A stretch of DNA of 64,000 nt from Azolla caroliniana (Eukaryota > Plantae > Polypodiophyta), in assembly GCA_043228905.1 (NCBI GenBank), contig JBHGNT010000017.1, positions 1,426,001 to 1,490,000 of the forward strand, read 5' to 3'. Positions 26,136 to 39,415 of this stretch are shown in pieces. The notes under the pieces were generated by a model. The model was not told the DNA's origin. It saw nothing but the letters and a program-made list of their open reading frames with translations, and did not search any database. Made by a program: the position numbers and the translations under genes. How positions within the stretch are numbered: the stretch's first letter is position 1; every line of letters starts with the position of its first letter.

Positions 26136-27928
26136 ATGGCCACATCAGTGGATTCAGCTGTGGACTTAGCCTGTCATGGTAGTGGTAGTAAGAGATCTCG
26201 TGCCCTCTTCATTCCCTACCCAGTGCATGGACAGATCAATCCAATGATGCATTTTGCCAAGACACTCACCAATCATGACCAAAACCTTCACATCACCTTC
26301 ATCAACAATTACCACTACCACACTCGCCTCATGGCCAAGCTACATCATGGCCATGGAAGCCCATCCACCACTCAGGAAGCTTCTGGAAGCCCATCGCCCA
26401 TGGGAGAAGTAGTCACAGAAGAATTGGGTCGGAGGGGGTTCTCTGAGGAGACCTTGGTACAACCCAACATTGGCTTGGTTTGTGTGGACAATGGTCTCCC
26501 TACCCATTATGACTATGTCACTGCCCAGGATTCTCCTGACAGGATGAGAGTGATCTTCGAGAGTTGTTCAGTCATGTCCAAAAACATCAAGCTCTTCATC
26601 CAGCATTTGGAGGAGAACGAGAAGCAAAGCTGTTACACCAAAGTTTCCTTCATAGCTGTCGGTATCTTTTGTGATTGGGCTATGGAGGTAGGCGTCGATC
26701 TCGGCATTCCCACTGTCCTTTTCTCTACCCAATCCACAACTGCGTTGAGCATGTATTTGCACGTTCATCTGCTTATCTCCAATGGCTTCTTCAGTCAAGG
26801 TTAGTTAATAAAAAATAATTCATTTTGTGCTTGAATCTTCTTCATGAGCTTATCCTTTTCATGAACTTTGTCCTCAATCTCCAAAGTTTTTTTAAGTAGT
26901 ATAGATGGCTTAGGGGATCATTTACCCATGTGTTAATTGTTTCATTAAAGGATGTTGATCACAAACCCTGTCCTTCATCTGTCTCAGATACCAAGTTTGA
27001 TGAGGAGCAAAACCCAAAGCTTTATGGCCAAGATGCAAAAGATCAGCTCGTGACTTACTTACCTGGTATACCCGGTCTCCCGCCTTCGAGCTTCCCCACA
27101 TTCATGCACGTGCACGATACATCGAGTTTTTTTATTGAGTTCCTCAAGTCATATTCCGACAAACTAAAGCTTTACGATGCAATCTTAATGAATACTTTCG
27201 AGGAGTTGGAAGGAGAAGCATCCCGTGCACTCGAGTCAGAGTTCCATATCCCCGTCTATCCGATAGGGCCTGTTCTTATGATGGATGCGAATATGAAGCA
27301 AGAAGATGAGAATGCTTGTATCGCATGGCTGGATAAGAAATCCAAGCATTCGGTTGTGTATATTTCTTTTGGAAGCTTATGGAATCCTTCGATGGAGCTC
27401 ATCAAGAGTATTGCAGAGGGAATCAAAGCAAGCAAAAAACCTTACTTGTGGGCACTTAGGCCCTCAAACTTGTGGCCTTCCCCCAATGTGTATGAGTTTT
27501 TACCGGAGCATTTCTCCGAAGAAACAGATGGCCTTATCATTCCATGGGCGCCTCAACTCGATGTTCTCGCTCACTCATCAGTTGGTGTGTTTCTCACGCA
27601 TTGTGGATGGAATTCGACATTGGAGAGCATGAGCATGGGGGTGCCCATGATCCCTATACCTATTCAATCTGACCAAACTACAAATCGTAAGCTTATTGTA
27701 GATATATGGAAGGTGGGTGTGAACGTGAAGTTTGTGCTACGTTCGGATGGACCTGTTGTGAGTAGTGATGATGTCGAGAGGGCTGTGAATTTGTTCTTTC
27801 ATGACGATGAAGGCAGTGAGATGAGAAACAGAGCTGAAAAGTTTAAAATTGCTATAAAGAGGGCTACAGAATGTGGTGGCACATCATACACTAACATACA
27901 AAAGGTCATCCATTCATTCAAAACATAA
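26136..27928 (+). CDS. UDP-glycosyltransferase (GT1) copy 2, 534 aa
   Basis: join(26136..26799,26988..27928). PSPG box ends ..IPIQSDQ. Exon 1 is near-identical to copy 1. Confidence 0.95.
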
Positions 27929-28149
27929 TCCTCGAGAGACATTCATCATCATTATTTTTTATTCCATGTATTCTGTGTATCCATCCCTTACGTAGTTTTG
28001 GAAAGACAATTCATCGCTTTTTGTAAGTTCAAATGGTAAGGCTGATTTAAGAGGCCCAATGTATAATATATTCAGACAATCAATCGGTGTTTCATATCAA
28101 ATGGTCCCAGTGCAATTTACCATCCAATTATCTAACCCTTTCTGCCATT

Positions 28150-29495
28150 CCTGCCCCTTTTGATAATTTATCGTATAGGTCATGCCATATCTAAGTTAGT
28201 TAAAAGTTTCTATCTTACAATGCAGTAAGACCATGGAAAAGGAATGCTCTTTCCAACCCTGTTGTGTATTCTATGATAAAAAAGCAATTCCTTGTATCTT
28301 ATAATTGAAAAGGGATGGTTGGTAACTCACCAATCATGTAGAATTTGTTAAACTAGAGCAATTTTTCAGTTTGATCCTTTGACATTAGGGGGTTTTGAAA
28401 AACACATGGAGGGATATAAAGAAGGGGGGGGAACAAATTTCATTCATAAGAAAATAATTCTGCAAAGCTATTATTAACCTGAGATCAAGATATAATGGGA
28501 ATTCCTAATAGCATTTGTGGCTTAATATGGACAAATGATTGTACATTACAGTTATAATAGAAGGATAAGTAGCAATAATGGGGAAATGGAGTGGTTTGGT
28601 TACGAGTTTGTGTCGAAAATGGATGGAATTTGACAACCTCTTAGATTTTGCATCTTTATTTGGTCTTTTTGGCGGTGTGCCATGGTTTCTAATTGGGCTA
28701 GGGCAACTGCCTTTCGACATATTCCAAACATGACAATACAAGAATAGCACTTACAACAATATTTTGAATTAGGTTTTAAAGCCACTTATATACTATTTGG
28801 GCTAGGGTAACGGCCATTATACACCCGTATTAGACAAGTATCCCATGAGCCAAATGAGTTGCTTTTCAAATTATCAAACATATCTAATAGCATTCTTGCC
28901 CAAGGCAATGTTTGTTCAACAAATTTTGGCAGTAAAGTAGCTTTTCTAACCAACATATGCAACGACAAATTAAGAATATTTAGCCCTCCACACAATTGTG
29001 GGGTGCATATTTTCTCTAGTGATAGGAGTTGTACACCTCTACGCGACTGCGTAGAGCAACACAATTTGCTTATGATTTCTGAGTTAATCTTTTGTATCAT
29101 GTGTTTCGGCCAATCAGATATAATTAAGTAATACTGCATGTAAGCCATGAATATAGATTGCACTATCCTCAATCAGACAGGGAGCGGCCATGTTGCAATC
29201 TTCCAATAGCTTAACATTTGTCTCATTTTTTACAGAACCCATTCAACCTTTCCTTTCCGTGTTGCATTCCATCCCAATGGATAGCTGAAGCCTGAGATGT
29301 CTAACCATTTCATGTGGGCTAACAACTTGACTTGGCCACAAAAGTTGATTGCAATTATATGGTGTCAAGGGTAGGAGTTTGGATTTGTTGAAGTTAACAT
29401 GTAGTCCAGTAGCTAATCCATACAATTTGAGGACATCCATAATCACTCTCATATCATTTAGATTGTTTTGTGACAGGAATGAAATTTAGATTATC
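28150..29495 (-). mobile_element. LINE (L1-like) 3' fragment
   Basis: 'VLKLYGLATGLHVNFNKSKLL' (RT thumb region) and 'EKICTPQLCGGLNILNL' (post-RT GGL motif), with stops and frameshifts. Left boundary is approximate. Confidence 0.75.
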
Positions 29496-30056
29496 ATTCC
29501 TACCTAGTACAGAGTGTGTTCACAAGCTAAAAGTCACTATGTGCCATTAAAATGATAATGCATATCCAGGTGAGATGCATAAGGATATAATGTATCATTG
29601 CATGGTTCTCATCATCAATGTTGCCTACAATTTAAATGCTTGTACCATCAAAGCTAGCAAAATGGTGTAGTGATCTAGGAGATTCCCTAATGGATGGCCT
29701 AAGGACATTGTTTCCAATTGATTAGAAACTTGAATTGAGATTCACGGTAGGTTTAATGTTTTTTCCTCTTGATAAAAATGAATTTGGGTCGTTATGAAAA
29801 TGTGGAATTTCCTCAAACAGAGTTGCTTAATCATCCTTTCCATGTTGTCCTTAGATCGTTAATGTGTAACGTGAGATGAATGATAATATGCAAAGGCAAT
29901 TCTAATTAATTAGTTAATTCTTTATTATTTTGAATGGTTCACAATACTATCAAGAAGAAAATGGCTTTTGATAGTTGGGAAGTTGTCGTGCCATCTGCTA
30001 AACAAAATGGTAAAACCAAATAATGGTTGTATTTATATCATAAGACTTAGACCTTT
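29496..30056 (+). repeat. ~560-bp direct copy of 15135-15718
   Basis: Highly similar from 'attcctacctagtacagagtgtgttcacaagc' to 'acttagaccttt'. Confidence 0.9.
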
Positions 30057-31774
30057 GGACATGCTCAAGAGCTATCTGTATTTGAAGTCATTTAGACATA
30101 AGCTTGATATTGATAAAATGGAGTGCCCTTAGATGGAGATTTGAAGTCATTTTTGACAATGTAAGCTCATTTAGGCCCTTTTAGTCCACGCACAATTCAC
30201 CGTGATCTCTTTTTTTAATGAAAAGCAAATGAGAGCCCTACAATGATGTATAAGGTTAAAAATCTTAGTGACATAACTTTTGAGTTGAAGGCCCTTCGTG
30301 CGTATCTCGATGAGAACCTCGAGAAAGGATTTATTCAACCTTCTAAGTCACCAGTCGGGGCCCCCATTTTATTTGTGAAGAAGAAGGACGGCTCTCTACG
30401 CTTATGCGTCGACTACCGAGGTCTCAACAAACTCAATGTGCGCAACCGCTATCCGTTACCTCTGATCCCCGAAGTCCTTGATCGGCTCCGAGTTGCGCGT
30501 GTCTTCTCCAAAGTTGATCTACGTGGAGCGTACAATCTAGTACGCATCAAGCCGGGGGATGAATGGAAAACTGCATTTCGAACACGGTATGGGCATTTCG
30601 AATACAAGGTAATGCCTTTTGGTCTTACTAACGCTCCAACAGTTTTTCAACATATGATGAACGATATATTCTGGGAATATCTTGATCATTTTGTTGTCAT
30701 TTACCTCGATGATATTCTCATTTTTTCGCCAAACATGGAGGAGCACACTCGCCAAGTCCGATTAGTTCTTGCCAAACTTCACGAGCATGGCCTTTATGCC
30801 AAAGGCGAGAAATGCAAGTTCGACCGTACCTCGATCGAATTTTTGGGCTACATCATCTCGCCCACTGGCATCACCATAGATATGAAGAAGGTCTCTGTCA
30901 TTCAGGTGTGGGCGACTCCAAGGCGACTTCAAGATGTGCAATCCTTCCTCGGCTTCGCGAATTTTTACCGTCGCTTCATCAAGGGGTTTTTCACCCTAGC
31001 CCAACCTCTTATCGCTCTCACCCGTAAAGGCACTCCATTTTTATGGACCTCCGAGGCGCAAAATGCGTTCGACTCACTCAAACACGCATTCATCATTGCC
31101 CCGGTGCTGCTACATGCCGACCCCACAAAACCCTTCCAAGTCGAAACCGATGCCTCTGGCTTCGCCATTGGCGCCATCTTATCCCAGGCAAACGACACCA
31201 ACCTAATGCACCCAGTGGCTTACTACTCCCGGAAATTCACGGCATCCGAAATCAATTATCCCATATACGACAAGGAGCTTGCTGCTATCATTGCTGCCTT
31301 TGAAGAATGGCGAACCTTCTTGGCCGGCGCACAACATCGTGTCCAGGTAGTGACTGATCATAAAAATTTAGCTTATTTTTCCACCACTCGTACTTTGAAT
31401 CGAAGGCAGGCCCGTTGGTCGACATTTCTCACCGACTACGATTTTGAGATCGTATTTCGACCTAGTGCCCAACATGGGAAGGCCAATGCCCTTTCTCGCT
31501 AAGCTGGCCTTGCAATCCACCTTGGGGATGCTACTTATGCTCAACAATCTAGAAGTTTGTTGAAACCCGACCAATTGCATCTTTTTGCCACTTGTATGTT
31601 GCAGGATGATTCATTACTCCAATAGATCACTAATGCATCCAAGACCGATGCGTTCGCCAACGAGATTCAAGATAGTCTACAAAGCCCCTCCAAGGCGACC
31701 AAAAGGAACGAACTTGACACCTTCACCATACAAGAGGGTTTGCTGTTCCGAAATCATCTCTTATACGTCCCAGA

Positions 31775-32132
31775 TGTCATGACGACATACATTTTGGCCT
31801 TACAGGGATTCGAGCCCAAGACGTCTTGGTCTATATGTTAGACCTTTAACCATTATACTAACATATATGATGTATAGTTATAATAAATGTATTATTAGTT
31901 ATTACAAGACATTTAGAGTATTCTAGAACATTCTAAGATATTCCATGATTATATTAAATATCATAAATATCTAAAATATTCTAGAACATTCTAGAATACT
32001 CCATAAGGACCTATAAATAGGTGTCTATTCATTCATCACAACTCATTCGCTTCAACACTAGTTTGTAGCCCCTTAGCCTACTCATTGTAATCCTTGCTCT
32101 CTTATAATATAAACTCTCTTTCCATTTCTAGT

Positions 32133-32168
<36 letters not shown>

Positions 32169-32213
32169 CTACTGTCATCTTATTTTTCTCTCTCCTATTC
32201 TCAAGTCACGACA
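31775..32213 (+). mobile_element. Solo LTR inserted in chromovirus pol
   Basis: tgtcatgac...gtcacgaca termini, TSD ccaga/ccaaa, TATA 'cctataaatagg', (CT)n. Host frame 'LYVP|..GPCR' resumes after it. Confidence 0.88.
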
Positions 32214-33161
32214 CCAAAGGGCCCATGTCGCACCCGGGCGTTGCGGGAATGCCACGATGACCCACTTGCAGGTCACTTCGAGGTCGCGAAAACCCTCGAG
32301 CTAATCTCTCGAGGGTATTGGTGGCCATAACCATGGAAGTTGGTCAAAGAATACATAAAGAGTTGTGAGGTTTGTGCTCGCTCCAAAGCCATTCATCATC
32401 GGCCATACGGCTTACTACAACCGCTTCCATGTCCTCGTCGTCCGTGGGCCTCTATCTCTATGGACCTATTAACTTATCTACCCTTGGTCAATAGCTATGA
32501 CTCGGTGTTAGTCATTGTTGATCGGTTTACGAAGATGGCTCACTTCACTCCATGCTCCAAAACCATTTCCGGAGAAGGAATGGTGCATCTACTACTCAAC
32601 AATGTGGTACGCTTGCATGGACTCCCCATTGATGTCATCTGTGATCGCGGACCCCAGTTTGTCTCTCACTTCTGGCAACGCCTACTACAAACTTTAGGCA
32701 TCTCTGTGAAGTTGTCATCCACTTATCACCCCCAAACTGACGGGCAAACGGAGCGTGTCAACAAAATCCTTGAGCAGTATCTTCGGTGCTTTGTTAGTTA
32801 CCAACAAGATGATTGGGTCAACTTACTTTCGCTCGCGGAATTCGCCTACAATAATTCTCTCCATGCATCGACTGGCATCACTCCCTTCTTTGCCAACTAT
32901 GGTTTACATCCTCGCTTCAACATTTCCCTTCCTACCACTTTCGTGAACCCTTCGGCGGAGGATCGCGCCTGCATTTTGGAAGAACTACATCATGATTTTA
33001 TCCTTGGAGCTTAGTCTTGCTAGTGAACGATACAAGAAGCAAGTTGATTGCCATAGATCTGCCACTCCACACTTTGTCGTTGGAGACATGGTCTGGTTGT
33101 TACGTCAACACATCTCTACTACTTGTCCATGTGCGAAACTTGATTACAAGAAGTTGGGACC

Positions 33162-33468
33162 TGTTGAGAATCAAGCTTAACGTGGTCTAGTGTGTGAACT
33201 CACCTTGAGAGTGAAGAGACACTCCAACGGTCAAGAGTCACCATTATGTCACCACTTTGTATTCTAGCATTTAGTATGAGTCATAGAATCATATTCTATG
33301 ACACATAACTTATGATCTTTCACATTCCCCATGCTCCATGAGCCTTGTAGTTAATGAAGAGAGAGGGTGACTACATAAAGCACCCTCCTCCCATCTTGTA
33401 TAAGTTGAGTCTTTCTCCTTTGTTAATATACTTTTAACCTTGCGTATTCTCTATGTTTCACTCACTCA

Positions 33469-33520
<52 letters not shown>

Positions 33521-36500
33521 CACACACACATAACTCACATCTCTTCTGCATCACAAGAATCCATCTCTTGATTCTTTACATGGTATCAGAGCAATTTGGT
33601 AGCTCGATCTAGCCCATTCGCCTCATCGTGATCGTGTGTTGTGCTCCACGCCGACGACCAAGAACCGGCTCATCGCTGTCGTAGCTTCGCTACATAGCTC
33701 GCATTCAAAGAGAGAAGAAAAAGAAGAAGAAGAAGAAGAAGAAGAAGAAGAAGAATCGACATAATGAATACTCAAATGGGGAGCGCTCTCCCTACCAAGA
33801 AGTTGGATCGAAACAACTTCGCATCTTGGGAGTACAAGATGCACCAATACCTTGTCGGACAAGGCTATTGGAGCTACATCAAAGGAGCGCATGAAGACCG
33901 ACCAGCCGAAGCGGCTCCCGGATACGCAACATGGGAGCAAGCCGCGAGCCGCGTGATGTATTGTTTGGCGACATGTGTTCACGACCACATGCTCAGTTAC
34001 ATTCGAGAAGCCAAGACGCCGAAGGAAGCGTGGGAAAACCTACGAAAGATTTTCGCCGCCAACACGACCGCAAGGAAGCTTCAACTTCGCCAAGAGTTGA
34101 ACAACATTCAACAAAGGGATATGTCCATCACGACATACACCTTGAAGATCAAGGAGCTTTGCGACTCGCTCGGCTCAATAAGCGTAAGTATAGATGATGA
34201 TGAGATGGTGCAAATATGCCTCGGCGGCCTCGCACCACAGTTCGGCGCGATGCGAACCGCCGTTCTAGCACGGGAGAAATCTCCCTCCTTCTTCGAGCTC
34301 CAATCAATGCTATTGGTCGAAGAAAACCACGTGCGTACAAGGAGCAATGAGTCGGAAGGCCACATGCTCTACACGCACTCTAATGGAGGAAGAGGACGCG
34401 GACGAGCGAGAGGCCGATTCGGCGAAGGACAAGGCGGACAAGGTCCGACCTACGACAACAACTCCCAATTTCGGCCGCAAAACGGAGGCCAACGAGGAAC
34501 CTTCGCAAGAAGGGGGAGCTTCCACTCCGGCCCGAGCTGTCAAAACGCAACCGAATGCGGATATTGCGCAAAGCTCGGCCACCACGAAGAAGAGTGCCGA
34601 AAGAAGATGCGTGAATCGGCTTCCACAAGCCAACAACTCACGAATTATGCGCACAATTCCGACTACGAAGAGTATAGCGGAATGTACGGGCACAACTCCG
34701 ACTACGAGGATCGTGGTGGAATGTACGCATACAACTCTGACCGTGGCGGAATGTTCATGATGAAACATAGAGCAAAGTCTATGTCGGCCTCTACCTCAAC
34801 TAGTGCCCTCAATCCGGAGGACGTATGGTTTGTTGACTCCGGAGCCTCAAACCATATGACATCCCACAAAGAATGGTTTCTCGAACTTCGAGAGCTGGAG
34901 CAACCCGGTTATGTCGAAACCGGAGATGACACTACGCACCCGATTCGGCACATCGGCAATGTTCCGTTCGGCGAAAGAGGTAAGCAAACATATATTAAAA
35001 ATGTCTTGCATGTTCCCACCATCACAAAGAATTTGGTCTCGGTCGGCCAAATGGTTGAGCAAGGGATGCAAGTACGATTCGACCAAGAAGGGTGCTTCAT
35101 CGAAAAAGAAGGCCGAATCATCGCACGCGGAAGAAGAGAGGGCCGGATGTTCATTCTCGATTCGCACGAGATGAAATCCGCCATGTTCGCGAAAAGCACG
35201 AAAGCCGACTCCGACATAGAGCTATAGCATAAGCGAATCGGCCACATCAATCTCAACAAACTCAAAGCAATGAAATCGAAAGGAGTCGTCATCGGACTCC
35301 CGACATTCAAAGAGAAGGAGATTGAAGGTGTATGCGAAGCGTGCCAATTCAGCAAGCAACACCGACACCCATTTCCGAAGGAGCGGAATGTGAGCAAAGG
35401 CGTACTCGACGTAATTCATTTCGATGTATGGGGTCCGGCTCAAACGGCGACATTCGGTGGATACCGATGTTACGTGCTCTTCATCGACGACTTTTCTAGG
35501 CACACTTGGATCTACCCGATGCGGCAAAAGAGCGAAGTGTTCGGACACTTCCAAAATTTCAAAAATGAAGTCGAGAAAGCCATGGGCCGACATGTACAAT
35601 GCCTTCGATCGGATGGCGGCAAGGAGTACTTCTCGGACGATTTCATGACGTATCTCCGAAAGGAAGGAATTCGGCGAGAATTCACTTGCCGACACACTCT
35701 GCAACAAAACGGAGTAGCCGAGCGCAAAAATCGGCACATCCTCGAAGTAGCGTAGGCCATGATGAACGAGAAGCATATGCCCAAGTCATATTGGGCTGAA
35801 GCGGCAAATACGGCCGTCTACCCAATGAACCGGTGCACAACATCCGGCGTGCACGAGGTCACTCCGCACGAAAGATTCTTCGGAAAGAAGCCGAACCTAT
35901 CACATGTTCGGATATTCGGCTCTATTGCGTACGTACACATCCTTGACGAGAAGCGTCAAAAGCTTGACTCGAAGTCGGAGAAATTTATCCTCGTAGGATA
36001 CTCATTGGAGGAAAAGGGGTACAAGTGCTACAACCCCTCAACTCAAAAATTTCGGGTAAGTTGAGACGTCGTCTTTGACGAGTCTGCATCCTGGTATGCA
36101 CCAGAGACAACTTCGACTCTGACCCCGCTCGACCCGAAATCCACCGAACAAGAGATAGAGGATGAAGATCACCTTACGCGCATGTTCGAAGAAAGTCCGA
36201 TCACGACCCAACTGAGCGGACCACAAGAGCCTTTGAGCGATCAAAGCACATCACGGCCTAGCCCGAAGATGGACAAAGGCAAGGCGAAAATGGCGGAATA
36301 TGAAGACGATGAATCGACTCACTCACTTGACAGTGAGTTCGGCGGTTTCGAGCTACCAATCGGAGCTAAGAAAGCCCTCATCTCTGCAAATGAAAAACTC
36401 CGCTGATACACCCGTGAAAAGAACCCCGTAAGCCGATTCGGCTACAACGATTATATGGCGTACCATTACGCCTTTATGATGAAGGTAGTGACCATAGATT

Positions 36501-39415
36501 GACATATTCGCATTCGTGGGATTTTCCATTCGAATGCAAACGAATACGCATACATTCGTGTGGTCAAGTATTCGTTTAAAAAAAAAAGGGAAAAAAGGAG
36601 ATGAACTCCCTCCTTTTAGTTTCTTAGGAAAAAAAGGGGGGACTTGACAATAAAAAGGGGATAATAAAATAGAGAGTTGAGAGAGACTTGATAGTAATAA
36701 ATTTTGATTCGAGATCTTGATTCTTTACTAAATAAATAAATAAAATAAAATAAATTTTCGTTTTATTTTTAATAAATAAATAAAAGAAAAGAAAGGTTCA
36801 TTAATTCTTCACCTTTTCTTTTCCCAAAATTTATGGATATTTTTACCTGACATTAAAATTGAGACTTCACATTAATCATGTTTTCATAGTAAATATAAAA
36901 ATATTCATTTTTTTAAAATAAAAAAATCAATTATTTTAATAAAATAAAGGTTCATAAACTCTCCTCTTTTTTTATTTGACACTAGAAAGGAGAGTTTATA
37001 CTAATCATATTTTTATAATTTATTAATGAACAATTGTTCTTTTTTTTAGTGAATTAAATTTATTTATTTTTAAATTAATTAATTAATTAATTTTTTTATA
37101 TTTATTTTACAAAACGAATGGTTTTTAAATATTCGTAGGGCCATTTTGTATTCTCGAATATTGAGAATATCACTCATGGAGAATATGACGAATATCTCGC
37201 ATGTGTCAATCTATGGTAGCGACAGTACTGGAGCCGGAAACCATTTCAGAAGCCACGAAGGACCCGCGATGGATCGAAGCAATGAACGAAGAGATGCAGG
37301 CACTACGGAAGAACAAGACGTGGGATCTCGTTCCCACCTCACCACACAAAAAAGCGATCGGATGCAGATGGATCTACAAGGTGAAGTATAACGCCAATGT
37401 CTCCGTAAACCGCTACAAAGCTCGACTCGTAGTGAAAGGATACGCTCAGACGCATGGCGTCGACTACGAAGAGACCTTTGCCCCGGTGGCAAAGATGACA
37501 ACGGTGCGGACCGTAATTGTGCTTGCCGCGGCGAAAGGGTGGCACCTCCATCAAATGGACGTCAAGAACGCCTTTCTACAAGGCAAATTAGAAGAGGTGT
37601 ACATGATACAACCACCCGGCTTCAACTCGAGCACCCATCCGAAAGCTGTTTGCCGACTCAAGAAGCCTCTCTACGGCCTCAAGCAAGCACCGCATGCTTG
37701 GCATTCGAAGATAACGCAATATCTTCATCAAATCGGCTTTTGTATGTCAAAATCAGACAACTCCCTCTACATACGAAGCGATTCCGCAAGTCCGATCGTC
37801 ATCATTTTATATGTGGATGACCTAGTCATTGGAGGTGAGCATATCATCGAAATCAATAAGGTCAAATCCCTCCTTTCCGACAAGTTCGAGATGACGGACA
37901 TGAAGGAGATCCACTACTTCCTTGGCATCGAGGTAATTTGGACTCCGGCCGGAATCATGATCTCTCAATGGCACTACATCCTCAACTTATTATACAAGTT
38001 CGGGATGGCTGAGTGCAAATCTGTGGCAACCCCGCTCGATCGTAATCTCAAACTAGATGTGAACTCTGGCACCAAAGCATGTGAGCCGACTCAGTATCGG
38101 CAACTCATCGGGAGTCTCATCTACCTCACGATCACACGACCCGATCTGAGTTATCTGGTCGGTCTCCTTAGCCAATTCATGCAAACACTACGTGATACTC
38201 ACTTGGATTGCGCTAAGTGAGTTCTACGATACGTGGGCGGCACAATGGATTGTGGCATCCTCTACAAGACCGCAATGCCAATACGACTCAAGAGGTATAC
38301 AGACGCTGATTGAGCCGGCTACAAAGCTGATAGAAGATCAACCTCCGGATTTGTTTTCTCCCTCGGCAGCGGAGCAATATCCTGGAGTAGCAAGAAGCAG
38401 CCTACCGTCGCTCTTTCGAGTACGGAGGCGGAATATAGGGGCGCAGCCGTAGCTGCATGTGAAGCCGTATGGCTTAAGACTCGGATTTTGAAGGATTTGG
38501 GTGTTCCCATCAAGGATCCGACTTCCCTTTACTGCGACAACATGAGCAATATCTATCTGGCTCGGAACTCGGTGTTCCACGCGCGGACAAAGCACATCGA
38601 AGTGCACTATCACTTCATTCGAGAGCGCGTTCTAGTTGGCGATGTCGACCTACAACACATTAGCACCAATCTTCAAACGGCCGACATCTTCACTAAAGCC
38701 TTAGGAGCCGACAAGCTATGGCAATTAATGACTGATCTCAGATTGATGATCCCTGACCTGCCAAGCTTGAGGGGGAGTACTACTGAAGACACTACGCAAT
38801 AACGCATGGATTCCGCAATCACGCAACAAAGCAGCGAAGAGCCGATCTACCGCGCAAAGCCGCGAAGAAAGACACAAGCCGAAGCACCGACTTCGCACAA
38901 CGCAAGCTGGAGCACGGATTCCGCAACTCCGCATAAAACAAGCTGACGCGAGTCGATGCGTACTCCGGAACTCAAGTTGAAGCGGATTTCGGATACCGTA
39001 TGAAACCAACCCGACTTGAGCTTGAGGGGGCGTGTTGAGAATCAAGCTCAACTTGGTCTAGTGTGTGAACTCACCTTGAGAGTGAAGAGACACTCCAACG
39101 GTCAAGAGTCACCATTATGTCACCACTTTGTATTCTAGCATTTAGTATGAGTCATAGAATCATATTCTATGACACATAACTTATGAGCTTTCACATTCCC
39201 CATGCTCCATGAGCCTTGTAGTTAATGAAGAGAGAGGGTGACTACATAAAGCACCCTCCTCCCATATTGTATAAGTTGAGTCTTTCTCCTTTGTTAATAT
39301 ACTTTTAACCTTGCGTATTCTCTGTGTTTCACTCACTCTCTCTCTCTCTCTCTCTTACACACACATAACTCACATCTCTTCTGCATCACAAGAATCCATC
39401 TCTTGATTCTTTACA
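33162..39415 (+). mobile_element. Full-length Ty1/Copia retrotransposon (defective), nested
   Basis: LTRs 33162-33580 and 39033-39415 (tgttg...ttaca); TSD ggacc; PBS tggtatcagagc (tRNA-iMet) at 33581-33592; PPT before the 3' LTR. Gag with CCHC, protease WFVDSGAS, integrase FIDDFSR..QNGVAER, RT QMDVKNAFL..YVDD, RNase H ADIFTKAL. Several premature stops. Confidence 0.97.
36493..37215. mobile_element. hAT-type non-autonomous element (723 bp) inserted in Copia INT-RT linker
   Basis: TIR catagattgaca / tgtcaatctatg, 8-bp TSD gtagtgac/gtagcgac, AT-rich interior. Confidence 0.9.

Noticed and set aside
31790-31870. Functional tRNA-Met gene
   Set aside because: The acceptor stem does not pair, U33 and T54 are altered, and it lies inside an LTR.
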